NCBI GenBank assembly: GCA_964412585.1
Contig: CAYPPJ010000007.1
Location: 1 to 47,456 of the forward strand
Length of the DNA stretch: 47,456 nt
Source: an uncultured Candidatus Saccharibacteria bacterium
GTDB lineage: Bacteria > Patescibacteriota > Minisyncoccia > Phycocordibacterales > PALSA-1337
Direction of reading: 5' to 3'
Below the pieces are notes generated by a model, which did no database searches, was not told the origin of the DNA, and saw only the letters and a program-made list of their open reading frames with translations. This document shows, piece by piece, positions 11,801 to 21,200 of the stretch (positions are counted from its first letter, which is position 1; each line of letters starts with the position of its first letter). The position numbers and the translations under genes were made by a program.

Positions 11801-12921
11801 TCTTCACAACAAATACGACGGATGCGGCTAATGCTACTTCCACCATCAACGGTAACCTGTACGTCAACGGCACCGTGCGCTCGACACTCTCATATGTCGG
11901 TGACTTGATCTTTGCAAACAATTTTAGCTTTGCCGAAGCGCCTCTTGATGGTACTACGCAGGGAATCTTGCTCCGCAATCAGCGTGGTGAAGATGCGCTC
12001 ACAATCGATGAGCGAGGAAATTTGTCGCTCGTTGGAGATATTTGTTACAAGGGCAAGCAATGTTTCGGTGCATCTCTCAATGATCTTGAGAGTGACTTGG
12101 GCGCATTGGCATCAACCACTTCAAATCGATTGTTCTCGGCTCAGACTACGACGATGTCATCATTGTCTGAGTTGGGCGCCTCAATAGCGAATATCAACCA
12201 ATCTGTCGCCAACCTTGATGCGAATCTTAATACCTTGAGCGCAAGTTCAACTCTCCTTGAGGCCGTCGCTTCATCAACCGCCGATAGGCTTGCGTCATCA
12301 ACGGCTGAGACGTTGGTAAGTTCACCATCATTCCTAGAACGAATCTTCAATACCTTCATGGAATTCTTGAAATCAGCTATCGCACGCATCAAGAGTATCT
12401 TCGTTGGGGAATTGCATGTTGAAGAAAAACTCTGTGTAGATGATGTCTGTATCAATAAAGATCAACTCAAAGCACTCCTTATTAGTGCAGGTGGAACCTC
12501 TGCATCATCGACACCACCAGTGGCAACGACGACACCTCCTCAGCAGAATGTCATGCCGCAGACACCTTCTGTTTCAGAACCAGTAGTGACCCCAACTCCG
12601 GTTGCGCCAGTTACGAGTACCTCGACCCCGGAAACGGCAAGTTCTACTGCACCAGTAACACCGAGTACACCGGTTGAACCTGAGGCATCAGCAAGTACCA
12701 CGCCACAGAGTTCACCAGCATCACCTGAACCAGTATCTCCACCAACTCCAGAGCCAGTTGTTACACCATCACCTGAGCCTGCTGTAGAACCTGTACCGGC
12801 CCCAGCACCTGAAGTAGTTCCGGTTCCTGAACCAGCTCCAGAACCAGTGGTTGTGCCAGCGCCGGAGCCAGCGCCTGCCCCAGCTCCAGCGCCTGCGGTA
12901 GATTCCGGAACAGATCAATAA
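2860..12921 (+). CDS. Giant (3353 aa) membrane-anchored fibre/adhesin-like protein: N-terminal HTH, TM helix, tail-fibre-like G[IV]GTTSPYAKLSV repeats, 7x LVIVD propeller, amphipathic helix, Pro/Glu-rich tail
   Basis: Uninterrupted 10-kb ORF. HTH-like FIPINRASEITKYRKDYIGQLCRAGKL...NGRQWLVEKSS; hydrophobic TAVIVTTLICVVSLAGAVSL; repeated GNVG[IV]GTTSP motifs; TATAAT 7 nt before ATG. Confidence 0.9.
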   Translation: MSNQGTTQQNLASQGTVLEFIPINRASEITKYRKDYIGQLCRAGKLVTRRNGRQWLVEKSSILAHKKAADEFYNLAPQTAQVVTPVLPVVETPVTPPPIPWTFTYDEDTRPLLPVLKPKAFATTAIPEKQKSEVVHSVQAAKKRGVAATSKPSTLFTHHLQTAVIVTTLICVVSLAGAVSLGQHGAKVAFEKSSNMFSAGQESGQTASLFDWISARKKSAVVVIREFLGIEDQQPQVVVVTATSTPVIVNQAKPVAVTQPPRTNYVYSSDPSLADRIDRVQQNLDEFKKFQQLQTYTIYENVSNGLSSVGGGSSSNFTGSNLNGVTITGSSFSGTTGVFSSSVSVGGALSVTGSTTLADLTVGSLEGPLQAIGGVVSATSTLSSVYGGTGHSSYAEGDVLYGNSNGDLSTLARSSNGLVLKLVGGVPSWQADLMGSGGGSSAWATSSDNLLVYPSDSMDVVVIGSNATTSSGNIFEVVGSTKLGGVNDVATISKLLVSGSSTLQRLTFTQATGTSATTTNLFATHASSTDLHATAAAFGTLSVGSLTGLLQSANGLVSASSTLSIAYGGTGTSTKPSYGQVLLGQADGTYTLIATSSLGFPTPQDLSPYLTSANAATTYLNLTNWYATTTDGLDEGVVNLYYTDPRVQTYLNSVAKGFFFSTTSAAYWDSTQSRWATTSTDYWKSQNNFFSTTSVAYWDSTQSRWATTSSDYYVNASTTIPKTYTNNTFTGANTFNGGLTVGSLTGPLQALNGAVSASSTLSIAYGGTGTSTLPTYGKLLVGNTRGGYDYVATSTLGLLQLSDLVAYLTSANAASTYLSLANWYSTTTDQLAEGSTHLYYTDPRVQTYLNSVAKGFFFSTTSAAYWDSTQSRWATTSSDYYVNASTTIPKTYTNNTFTGANTFTGLQTFGNNISFGGAQLNASALTYGNLLMFNGTNWVNTSTSSLGITGGSSFGYLFPGNATSTLLAFNGGLTSYATSTIGDGTQAGGLTINGGATTTGNAYFGGNVYFPGSGIWNSSGRVGIATTSPNGLLSIDGLTLGPTNVSVPVLNIVDTTTRVSIFDNGFNAPNILTILGGIGGSTAGGSGFSGGLGGSVSITAGKGGNAPSSNTNGDGGSITLQSGSPGSGAGTAGSYGKILLNSNGGNVGVGTTSPYAKLSVEGSSVLGNNALAGYFTATTTTASVFPYASTTGLTISKLYDSTGSLGTNGMVLQTNGSVSTWVATSSLGITGGASAFTSLTDTFASYAGKSGQLVAVNYGETGLTSFSTSTLGLLTTNVAEGSNLYYQDARVNSYINASTTIPKTYTANTFAATNIFNGSVGVGTTSPFAKLSISTTAQQDGALPLFVVASTTNTTLFNVLGNGNVGVGTTSPYAALSVVGPAGPIGGSAPTAFAVYGGTGFNRGGGIDLYAGTGQSIGGTINIVAGPGIVDGIGGDVVITGGAAPSNSTGGSVYITGGGSSFGSSNLGGDVQINAGSASLGYGKILLATTGGNVGIGTTSPYAKLSVVGQVVSAYFTATTSTASTFPYASTTALTVSGTNGLKLATGLNGPLQAVAGLVSASSTLSTVYGGTGLPTKPAYGQILLGQADGSYALTATSSLGITGGVSAFTSLTDAFNSYSGRAGQLVGVDYGATGLTSFSTSTLGLPQFSDLSAYLTTSNAASTYLSLANWYATTTDGLDEGSINKYYSNTLVNSYIHASTTIPKLYTANTFTAGQTFNGGVTIDSLNGPLQALSGVVSATSTLSTVYGGTGLSTKPTYGQVLLGQANGSYALAATSSLGFDESQWITSGSNIQYNTGNVSVGTTSAQARLNLEAVAGGSTREALIKASVSDSGNDAFYVSNGTGSDNHFAPLFAGYNNTSNSLWSLSFTGLTDSTNDASDSSNFGLIRFNTYQATNPTDPLNSTLSAISNRKLFTFENGPATLMTLAASGNLGIGTTSPYAKLSVVGQVVGAYFTATTSTASTFPYASTTALTVSGTNGLKLATGLNGPLQAVAGLVSASSTLSTVYGGTGLPTKPAYGQILLGQADGSYALTATSSLGITGGVSAFTSLTDTFASYAGKSGQLVAVNYGETGLTTFATSSLGLVSSQWTTSGSTISYNTGNVGIGSSTPFATLSIVGNVNQAATPYFAIASSSTIAPFLQVASSSNFQVDGGVLEPMHRGRLGNSAGGSVMANPNSVFVSGNYAYIAVYSSNALEIVDISTSTPVHKGKLVHGTGGALLTNPRSVFVSGNYAYVAVGGSNALEIIDVSNPANPVHKGSITNGTGGAALSTPYQVYVSGNYAYVASNGSNALEIIDISNPANPVHKGKLTHNTGGASLSAPYHVYVVGNNAYVAASGALEIVDVTNPAAPVHRSKLTDGTGGASLTNPQSVFVSGNHAYVADFSGALEIVDISNPYAPVHRGKLTNGTGGASLVGPRSVFVSGNYAYIADGSGDALEIVDVSNPLNPVHKGKIVDAQGGSALDNPASVFVSGNYAYVAASASYAFEVVDVGAVNISNAQIGTLKVGNFSVDNFAQFNNNLFVKNNLNVGGSTLIDGTLVVTGSTGTTTASTATTSALFMGNILVGTPSTGSTTPYSRLSVYGAGTGTGQIFELTDNASNTIARFLDNGTGYFAGNIGFGTTSPYAKLSVEGFSVLGNSALAGYFTATTTTASVFPYASTTMVSATTASTTNLIISGLPSCSSTSALTTNSSGVVACGPISGGSAFSWTPGTNYGVAVNSTSTPIWFQNGLMASSTAYLTYATTTALTVTGNAYFPGNGIWNSSGFLGIGTTSPYAALSVVGASGVVADKYFATSTTATSTFAGGLNVGSGNLLYDLSTGVTSASAFQTGNLNFDTDAGMVSWADLPLSSASNGTIEGYSASLNGSTTISVYGVSAGSGWLQNDYPRVAIGSTTAPSSKLTVFGNGTGANGLFELVDNASTTRFKVLDNGKVGIGTTSPYATLSVQNNYASGNTTLFAVASSTAANASTASNLFNISNTGVFTTNTTDAANATSTINGNLYVNGTVRSTLSYVGDLIFANNFSFAEAPLDGTTQGILLRNQRGEDALTIDERGNLSLVGDICYKGKQCFGASLNDLESDLGALASTTSNRLFSAQTTTMSSLSELGASIANINQSVANLDANLNTLSASSTLLEAVASSTADRLASSTAETLVSSPSFLERIFNTFMEFLKSAIARIKSIFVGELHVEEKLCVDDVCINKDQLKALLISAGGTSASSTPPVATTTPPQQNVMPQTPSVSEPVVTPTPVAPVTSTSTPETASSTAPVTPSTPVEPEASASTTPQSSPASPEPVSPPTPEPVVTPSPEPAVEPVPAPAPEVVPVPEPAPEPVVVPAPEPAPAPAPAPAVDSGTDQ
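4948..5569 (+). repeat. Identical 118-bp direct repeat inside the giant gene (4948-5065 = 5452-5569), plus a near-identical pair ~4777-4886 / ~5371-5480
   Basis: Base-by-base comparison by eye; offset 504 nt, in frame. Confidence 0.85.
7444..9009 (+). repeat. Identical 249-bp direct repeat (7444-7692 = 8761-9009)
   Basis: Base-by-base comparison, offset 1317 nt. Shadow ORFs 7505..7696 and 8822..9085 share the same first ~60 aa. Confidence 0.9.
9334..10335 (+). repeat. Seven ~47-49-aa LVIVD repeats (predicted 7-bladed beta-propeller)
   Basis: Unit VH[KR]GK...GTGGA.L..P.SVFVSGNYAYVA...ALEIVD[IV]SNP counted seven times. Confidence 0.88.
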
Positions 12922-12937
12922 CACACATACTATATAT

Positions 12938-15235
12938 ATGACATTCACACCTAAAAAAATACTTATAGCCCTCGGACTTCTCAGTGTATTTGTCGTTGGA
13001 GGCATCCATGGAGTGCGCGCGGCAACTATCAGTAGTACTGTTCCCGGGTCCGTAACTTCAGGTCTTGTCGGCTGGTGGACTATGGATGGTACAGATATGC
13101 TCAATGGAGCAGCCTTGGATAAGAGTGGAAATGGGAATTCTGCGGCACTGGTGAATATTGCGACATCTACTTTCTACAGGGCAGGCAAGATTGGACAAGC
13201 GTTCAATTTTGATGGTGTGAATGATTATCTACTTGTACCAAGTTCTTCCTCTCTTCCTGCTGAACAGCCGATGAGTATTTCAGTCTGGGTTAAGCCTGAT
13301 AATGCCACAGCCGGTTTCGTGCTCGCCTCGCGCCCTTTCTCGGGAAATGGATGGAATATTACGTATGCGTTTGGTAATAGACTCATGTTTCAACATGATG
13401 GCGTTGGAGATTTATCTGCTCGAACAACTTTTAACTTCGGTGCGTTTTCTACTACTCAATGGACACACCTCGTTGTAACATGGGATGGAACTACAGATGC
13501 AACCCATGTTCTCATCTATAAAAATGGCGTCATCCAGGCGCATGATACAGATACAAATGGTTCCAGCATGACGAGTACGAGTGGCCAGCCGCTCTATATT
13601 ACCTCTGACCAAGGTGGTGGCGGTTTTTTCAAAGGATCTATGGATGATTTTCGAATGTATGACCGCGTTCTCTCCACCACAGAAATTAGTCAGATTTACG
13701 CGGCGGGCTTGGCTACTGGCAAGCAGGCTGCTTCACCCCAAGTAACCGGAACTACTTCCTGCTCAACGGGACTATCGTGTGGCCTCGTCGGGTACTGGAC
13801 ATTTGATGGCAAGGATACTCCATGGACATCTGCAACAGCTGCCACTACCCTCGACAAGTCGGGAAGTGGTAACACGGGGACGTTGACCAGTATGAATCAG
13901 TCGAAAGCTCCTGTACAAGGAAAGATTGGCCAAGGACTGAAGTTCGATGGAGTGGACGATACGGTGAGTATTGCTCACAACGCGAGCATCAAACCAACAG
14001 CCGCAATCTCGATTAATTTTTGGTTCAATCCAAGCAATGTAAATTCGTCCGCAGTCCAGACGATTTTGTCCACTACTCAAAGCGGAGGTTATTCGGTGGC
14101 ACTTAATGGAACTTCTGCTTCCGGTACATGCAATGCAAACTCCTTTTGTTTTTTTGTGAATGTTGGCGGTACGTATTATATTACCAATTATGCAAAATCA
14201 AATTTTAAAAATAATACGTGGTATTTATTCACGGGGACATATGATGGAAATACGAATAGGATGTACATAAATGGACAACAGATAGATACTGTTTCCCAAT
14301 CTGGAACAATCAATTATACAAGTAATACGCCAGTATGTTTGGCCTCGGAGCCAAATGCGTCTGCCTGTATAGATGGAAATTACTTCAACGGCTTGATGGA
14401 TGATGTCCGCGTCTACAATCGCGCTCTTTCTGCTGTTGAAGTTAGACAACTTTACAACTTGGGTGCTACTTCCAAGCAGGCTGTTTCACCAGTAGTAACA
14501 TCAACCTCGTGTTCATACGGTCTCTCGTGTGGTCTTCTCGGGTACTGGACCTTCGATGGGAAGGATGTCAATTGGTCAACAGGATTAGCAAGTGACAAGT
14601 CGGGAAATCTCAACACTGGATCGATGCTCAATATGTCGACGACAAGTAGTCCGATACCTGGAAAATCAGGTCAAGGACTGAAGTTTGATGGTGCTAATGA
14701 CGCCATAAATGCAGGGTCAACTTCTTCGTTGACCGATATTCAGAACCAAGGTGGGGGAGGTATGACGGTTGCATTTTGGATAAATCCGGATTCAAATTCG
14801 ACGAAATATATACTTGCAAAAGGAGGTGCAAATAATGGCAGTGGAACATGGTCGATACTCAAGGCCTCAAACACAAATCCCGCACGTCTATCCTTCAATA
14901 AAGAAGGGGGTACAGATGCGTCAAAAAATTATAATAGCTTACTTGTCTCCGGTGTATGGCAGCATATTGTTTTAACATGGGATGGCACGATGGCGGTCAG
15001 TACCGGTGTTCTGGTCTACCGAAATGGTGTTTTGGTATCAAACGTGACAGGGACCGATGGTGCGAGCGCAAATTCTGATTCGGGCAATGCTTTGTGCATG
15101 GGCAATCTTTCTACTATTGGTTCAGCAAATTGTGCTACCTCTGGTTCTGCAGATATGAAGCTCGACGACGTGATGATTTATAACAGAGTATTGAGTGCAG
15201 CTGAGGTTCGTCAATTGTATAATAGAAGCAAATAA
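12938..15235 (+). CDS. Secreted protein with three LamG (concanavalin A-like jelly-roll) domains
   Basis: Signal peptide. Three units GL[VL]G[WY]WT[MF]DG...DKSGNGN...GKIGQ...FDG.[DN]D...W.H.V.TWDG...MDD[FV]R[MV]YNR.LS..E[IV].QLY. Confidence 0.9.
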   Translation: MTFTPKKILIALGLLSVFVVGGIHGVRAATISSTVPGSVTSGLVGWWTMDGTDMLNGAALDKSGNGNSAALVNIATSTFYRAGKIGQAFNFDGVNDYLLVPSSSSLPAEQPMSISVWVKPDNATAGFVLASRPFSGNGWNITYAFGNRLMFQHDGVGDLSARTTFNFGAFSTTQWTHLVVTWDGTTDATHVLIYKNGVIQAHDTDTNGSSMTSTSGQPLYITSDQGGGGFFKGSMDDFRMYDRVLSTTEISQIYAAGLATGKQAASPQVTGTTSCSTGLSCGLVGYWTFDGKDTPWTSATAATTLDKSGSGNTGTLTSMNQSKAPVQGKIGQGLKFDGVDDTVSIAHNASIKPTAAISINFWFNPSNVNSSAVQTILSTTQSGGYSVALNGTSASGTCNANSFCFFVNVGGTYYITNYAKSNFKNNTWYLFTGTYDGNTNRMYINGQQIDTVSQSGTINYTSNTPVCLASEPNASACIDGNYFNGLMDDVRVYNRALSAVEVRQLYNLGATSKQAVSPVVTSTSCSYGLSCGLLGYWTFDGKDVNWSTGLASDKSGNLNTGSMLNMSTTSSPIPGKSGQGLKFDGANDAINAGSTSSLTDIQNQGGGGMTVAFWINPDSNSTKYILAKGGANNGSGTWSILKASNTNPARLSFNKEGGTDASKNYNSLLVSGVWQHIVLTWDGTMAVSTGVLVYRNGVLVSNVTGTDGASANSDSGNALCMGNLSTIGSANCATSGSADMKLDDVMIYNRVLSAAEVRQLYNRSK

Positions 15236-15240
15236 TTTTT

Positions 15241-18200
15241 ATGAAGCAGCATCACCTTAAAACTTCATATGTATATGCCTTGGCGGCGATAGTAGTAATT
15301 GGGCTTGTCGTCAATATACCACATATCATTCAGACGCCTCGTGAAGTTTTGGAAACTGTCGCAACGCACTCTTCGGCAGTCCATCAAACCGCAGCCGTTG
15401 CGGACTTCAACTCAAATCTCGTTCTTCAGTATTCATTCGATGATGGTGCCGCTGCCGATCTATCTGGTCGCGGAAACACAGGTATTGTAGCCGGTGGCGC
15501 AGTATCGAATGTCGGACAGATAGGCAGCGCTCTCGTGTTTGATGGTATCGATGACACGATCAATGCCGGGTCGGCGGCTTCACTCGATGATATTGGGTCA
15601 CAGGGAGGTATGACCGTGTCATTCTGGATCAACCCACGTTCAAACGCACTTGGGTATCTGTTTGCGAAAGGATCAGCGTCGAATAATAGTGGCACATGGT
15701 CAATTCTTAAAAGTTCTGCCACAAGTCCCGCACGCATATCGTTTGGCAAAGAAGGTGCAGCTGATATGAATGCTAATTTTAATAGTGTTCTGGTTGATAA
15801 TGTCTGGCAACACATTGTTCTTACGTGGGATGGAAACATGAGCAGTGGTGTAAATCTGTATAGAAACGGGGTCGCTATGTCAGGTGGAGTTACTGTTGCT
15901 GGTAGTGGAGCGAATAGTGATGCAGCCCACAATCTCATGATCGGTTCGCTCAACGGCACCTCTGGGTTTGCCGATGTCTCCATGGATGACGTACGCGTGT
16001 ATAACCGAGTGCTTACTTCTGCAGAAATAGGGGAGCTTTATTCGTTGGGAGGAAGTGTGGTGTCGCCACCGTCGCCAATCAATGGGTTATGTGGAAGTTC
16101 AGTCAACGCCTGTTCAGCGGGAACTCTTTCGGATTCGACTGACACCGCGACAGAAAACGTGTGGAGCTGTATTGGGTCCATTGGAGGAACCACTGCTTCA
16201 TGCTCGGCTCCGATTTTGTCCCAAGCCACCTCATATAACCTGACTGTTTCCAAGAATGGCACCGGGGCTGGCACGGTTACTGGTTCTGGTATTTCTTGCG
16301 GGACTGATTGTTCGGAATCTGTCGGATCAGGTACGGTTATTACACTCTCGGCCACCGCATCGTCCGGCTCCACATTTACTGGGTGGAGCGGTGGAGGATG
16401 TTCAGGAACTTCTTCGTGTTCCGTAACCATTTCTTCAAATACGGCCGTGACGGCAACATTTAATACGCAAAGCGTAGCGCCAGATCCGGGGCAGCAACCT
16501 TCTCCAGCGGGCAACCGTGTGGATCTGCTGAATAGTTCAGGGGGAGTTGCGAATACGTTCGCGACAATCCAGGCATGTGCCAGTGTGGCACAATCAGGCC
16601 AAACCTGCGCTGTCTACCCAGGAACATACAATGAACGTGTAAATGTGTCGAATTCCGGAACGTCTGCAAGTCCGATCACATTTAGGGCCGCGTCTGCGAC
16701 AAAACCTGTTGTGCGCGCTTTCAGTCTTTCAAACAAAAGTTATATAACTATTGATGGCTTCGAGTTAACACATCGCGCAATGACTCATGAAAGTACGTTA
16801 AATGCCTATGCGAGTGCCTACGTGAGTGGTGGTACCGGTGTTCGTATTACTAACAATTTTATCCACGATACAGACGGTCCGTGCACTAGTTTTGAAAATC
16901 TTTCTTTCCTTACTATTAGCGGCAACACCTTGGACCATTGCGGGGTGGCCACCACAATTATTGGAGTACCGACGGGTGGAACATTCACGATAACTGCTGG
17001 TGTAAATGATACAGTCAAAATTCGTCTTAACAATGCAACGTCATACAATGTCACCCTCACTTCGGGCACGCGCACGTTGCAACAGGTGTGCGCAGATATT
17101 AATAGTCAGGCAAGCGGAGTATATTGTCATGCCGAAGGTGCTGACAAACAGGTTCATATAAATCCAATTACGGTTGGTCCATCAACGTCAGTTATTTTAG
17201 AAAATGTCGCTCACGATGCATATGCGGCGTTGGGACTTGGTGTCGGAAACGAAACCCAGATATCACATACGGCCGCATTTCAATCCGCGAGCGGCGCGGG
17301 ATCAACTGATGTCCTGGTAGAAAATAACCGCGTTTCTCGTGTCAGCGACTTCCTGCTTCCAAAAGGGTCCAGATATGTCTATCGCAATAATATATTAGGT
17401 CCGTCTGATATTGGTACGGCCATCCATATTGATGGCGTACAAAGCAATGCCCCCGAAAACTTCCTTCTTATTGAAAACAATCTATCAACTAATAATTCGA
17501 GCTCAGATAACCATTTCTTTTTGACGTCTGCATATTCAGCCAACTGGATTGTTCGATACAACAGATCGTTCCAAAGCAAAGGGGGGCAGGCGTGGGGGTG
17601 CGGGCCGTGCGGTACCATGGGCAGCTTTTCGCATTACAATAATACGTGGTACGACACTGTCTCGTATTATTTTGGCTGGAATCAGCTCGGATTGACCGCA
17701 TCACCCAACAGTCTTTCCCGTAATAATATCTGGTATCGTGCCGTTCGTAATCCTGGCGGCAATCCATACTATAGTGGCGCGGGGACGGTTTTGGACAAAG
17801 ATTACGACGTGGTCTTCGAATCCGGCAACGCGCAAGAAGTTCATGCGATAACAACTGACCCACTTTTCGTGAATATGTCGTCAGGGGACTTTGCGCTTCA
17901 ATCCTCATCTCCAGCAATTGACCATGGGGGACCATTAACGACCACTGTTACGGCTGGTACCAATTCAACTTCACTCCAGGTCACCAACGCAGGCCCATTC
18001 CAAGATGGTTGGGCAGGAGTCGGTCATGATTGGATCGCTGTGGGCACATCAGGTAATTACAGCGAAATAGGTTCTATTAACTATGCGAATAACACAATCA
18101 CGTTGCGCACACCGTTGTCGTGGTCCGCGGGTGCTCCAGTGTATTTGTTCAAAGATTCGACCGGACGACAAGTGCTCTATGGTCCAGCACCCGATATAGG

Positions 18201-21200
18201 TGCGTATGAGTATGGAGGAGGAGCGCTGGTACTGCCGCCTGCAAATCCAATTCTTCCATCGAACCCACCAGTTCTTCCGGCAAATCCAGTAACATGTACT
18301 TCATTTACGTATTCTGCATGGGGAACATGCACGTCGGGGTCACAAACTAGAAACATTCTTACGAGCAGTCCAAGCGGATGTACGGGAGGAGTTCCTGTTA
18401 CCAGTCAAAGTTGCACGGTTACTCCAATCGTACCACCACCACCTGTACCAGCAATCAATGCTTCATGCTCGAATACACTAAATCAGTGCATTGCCGGAAA
18501 TTACACTGATCTTCCAGATACATCCGCAAATCACGAGTGGTCATGTCTTGGTTCAGGTACAGGGATTAATGTGTCTTGTTCGTTAGCAAAGACGGTAGCA
18601 CCAGCGAATGTAACGGTGCCAGTAGTTCCAAATCAGCCGCCTGTTACATCGCCGAATAGATCAGATTTAACCCCATCACCTCAACCACCAACGGCACCGC
18701 AACGGGTTGTCCAAAAAGTCATTCAGACTACAATAACCCCAAACAAATCACCCTATCGTTCGATTAGCGATGCGGATCTTGATTCTGCAACTTCAACAAA
18801 GCAGTCTATTTCTGATTCTGAACAGCCGCGTTCTCGCAGTTCATTTTTTGAACGAGTTAAGGAGATGTTTCGGTATGTTTATTCACGAATATTGAATGGT
18901 GTAGATCGTCTATTTGGAAATGCTGGCAGAACTCAAACCGCCGCTGTTGCTGACTTCAATTCAAGCCTCGTAGCTCACTACACCTTTGATGATGGAACAG
19001 CGACCGATTCTTCCGGAAAAGGGAATAATGGTTCTTTTGTCGGTTCGCCAACAGCAGCCACTGGTATCATCGGAGGTGCGCTCCAGTTCAATGGTTCAGG
19101 TGACGGAGTCAATGCACCGATTCCGGTTAGTTCTAACGGGATGACCGTCTCAATGTGGGTGAAGACTACGAGCACAAGTCTCCAGACACTCTTCACGCGA
19201 GGTGGGGCGGGTAGTGGATATGCCTTTGATTATCGTTTTGGCAATAGACTCAATTTTGAGCACAATGGCTCAACTGATCTCGCAGCGCGTACAAAATCTT
19301 CAAGTACCCTCACTCCAGGAACATGGTATCATGTCGTGTTTACGTGGGATGGATCAACATCCGCAAGTCACGTTGTATTCTATAACAACGGAGTATCGTT
19401 GCCCCATGATATCGAAAGTGACGGAGTGGCTCTAAGTGATACGGCAGGCTTCACTCCAGTCATTGGCTCTAGTTTTAATGGTGTTATCGACGACGTTCGC
19501 ATCTATAACCGAGCTCTTTCAGCTCAAGAAGTCACCGATCTCTATACTGCTGGCGGAGGATCAGTGCCAGCCTCGCCGCCCGCAGCACCTGCAGGTCAAA
19601 ATAATACTCCTGCGAATACGTCGCCAAACAACACACCAGCAAATCAACCAGCTAACGATACCCCTGCACAGAATGCGGCACCGGCGCAGGCAAATGCCGC
19701 TACCTGTAACACTTCTGACATTCAAACCGCGGTTAATACGGTTGCCGACGGGGGAGTCGTGCTCGTTCCTGCGGGAACCTGCACCTGGACCTCTCCGGTA
19801 ACGATTACGAATAAGTCGATAATACTCAAAGGTGCGGGAATTGATCAGACAATTATTACAGAAAATCTTGCGGTAAGTGATAGTTCGCTCCATATCAATA
19901 GCGCTCTTGGTAGGCCTGTTCGGGTAACAGGATTTACCTTCGAAGGAAGAAATACTCGTGACAATTATGCTTCGATTGGCATCTCTGGTCCGCCCAATCA
20001 ACCGTTGTTCCGTGTTGATCACATCAAGTTCAACAACGTCACAGAACGAGGCATTATCGCCAATGGCGTATACGGTCTCATCGATCATAATATTTTTATA
20101 AGAAATCCGACAGAAGGTTCGCCGACGCTTGTCTCGGTGATGGGTGACTCTGATGCTTCGTGGAATCGACCGCAAGACATGGGTACGTCAAACGCGGTAT
20201 TTATAGAGGATAATATTTTTGTCCATAATATAAATGCCAATGGCCCGTTCGATATGTATCGAGGCGCACGCTATGTGTTTCGAAATAATAATGTGTATGG
20301 TAACAATTTGGGCCATCATGGCTTCGATAGTGATCTTCGTGGAGAAGTAAATTTTGAAGTTTATAATAATTGCTTCGTGAATGCAGCACCCGCAGAGCGT
20401 ACGCCGTACGTTCTCCATCCCTATAGCGATTGTTCGGTCCATCCACTTCCTGCCACAACTCCTTATGCCCACGGTGTTGTCTTCGAATTCCGTTCAGGAT
20501 CGGGGGTGATCTTTAATAATACGGTGACTCGAGTCCCGACAGGGAATAATGGAGGCTATTATGATTACTTTACGCTACTCAGAAACTATCGCAGTGGAGA
20601 CGGGTATATTACCAACAATGGAGGCGTCTTTCCGTGGGATGGACATAGCCCGTGGAACGGCTCGTGCAATGGGACAAATCCGCTCGATGGTAATCTACTC
20701 GACCTCGATACCAATGGTGATGGTGTTGCTGACAAGAGTTCGGGCTATCCATGCAAGGATCAAATTGGTCGTACATCGGGTGTTGGTGCAGACGGAAAAC
20801 AGACCCTGTCTCCCGTGTATTCATGGAATAATAATTTTCAAGGAGCCGTGGGAGGACATATCGTGACGGGTGGTTACGCAACATTCCAATGTCCAAAAGT
20901 TGGCAGTACTTTTGTCTCAAAGGTTGATAAGCCCGCTCCTGGCGCTCCATATACGTGGGTGTGCAAAAATAATGCATCGGGCGTGGATTATACATTGTCT
21001 GATCTGGTCAACTACCACATCAAAGAAGGCCGCGATTATTTTAATGGAGTTGCTCGTCCTGGATATTCTCCGTATGTATATCCTCACCCGCTTACCGTCA
21101 GTGGATTTTTATCGGATGCAGGCGGTCCGGTAATCACGGTGCCGGTAGGGAATGCTGCTCCTTCTGTGGCGGTGCCCGTAACGCCTCCGACTATCGCTCC

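Noticed and set aside
11890-12480. Peptidase S74 auto-cleaving chaperone at the fibre C-terminus
   Set aside because: The region looks like a fibre C-terminus (KLCVDDVCINKDQLKALL), but no SD.RLK.NI motif is visible.
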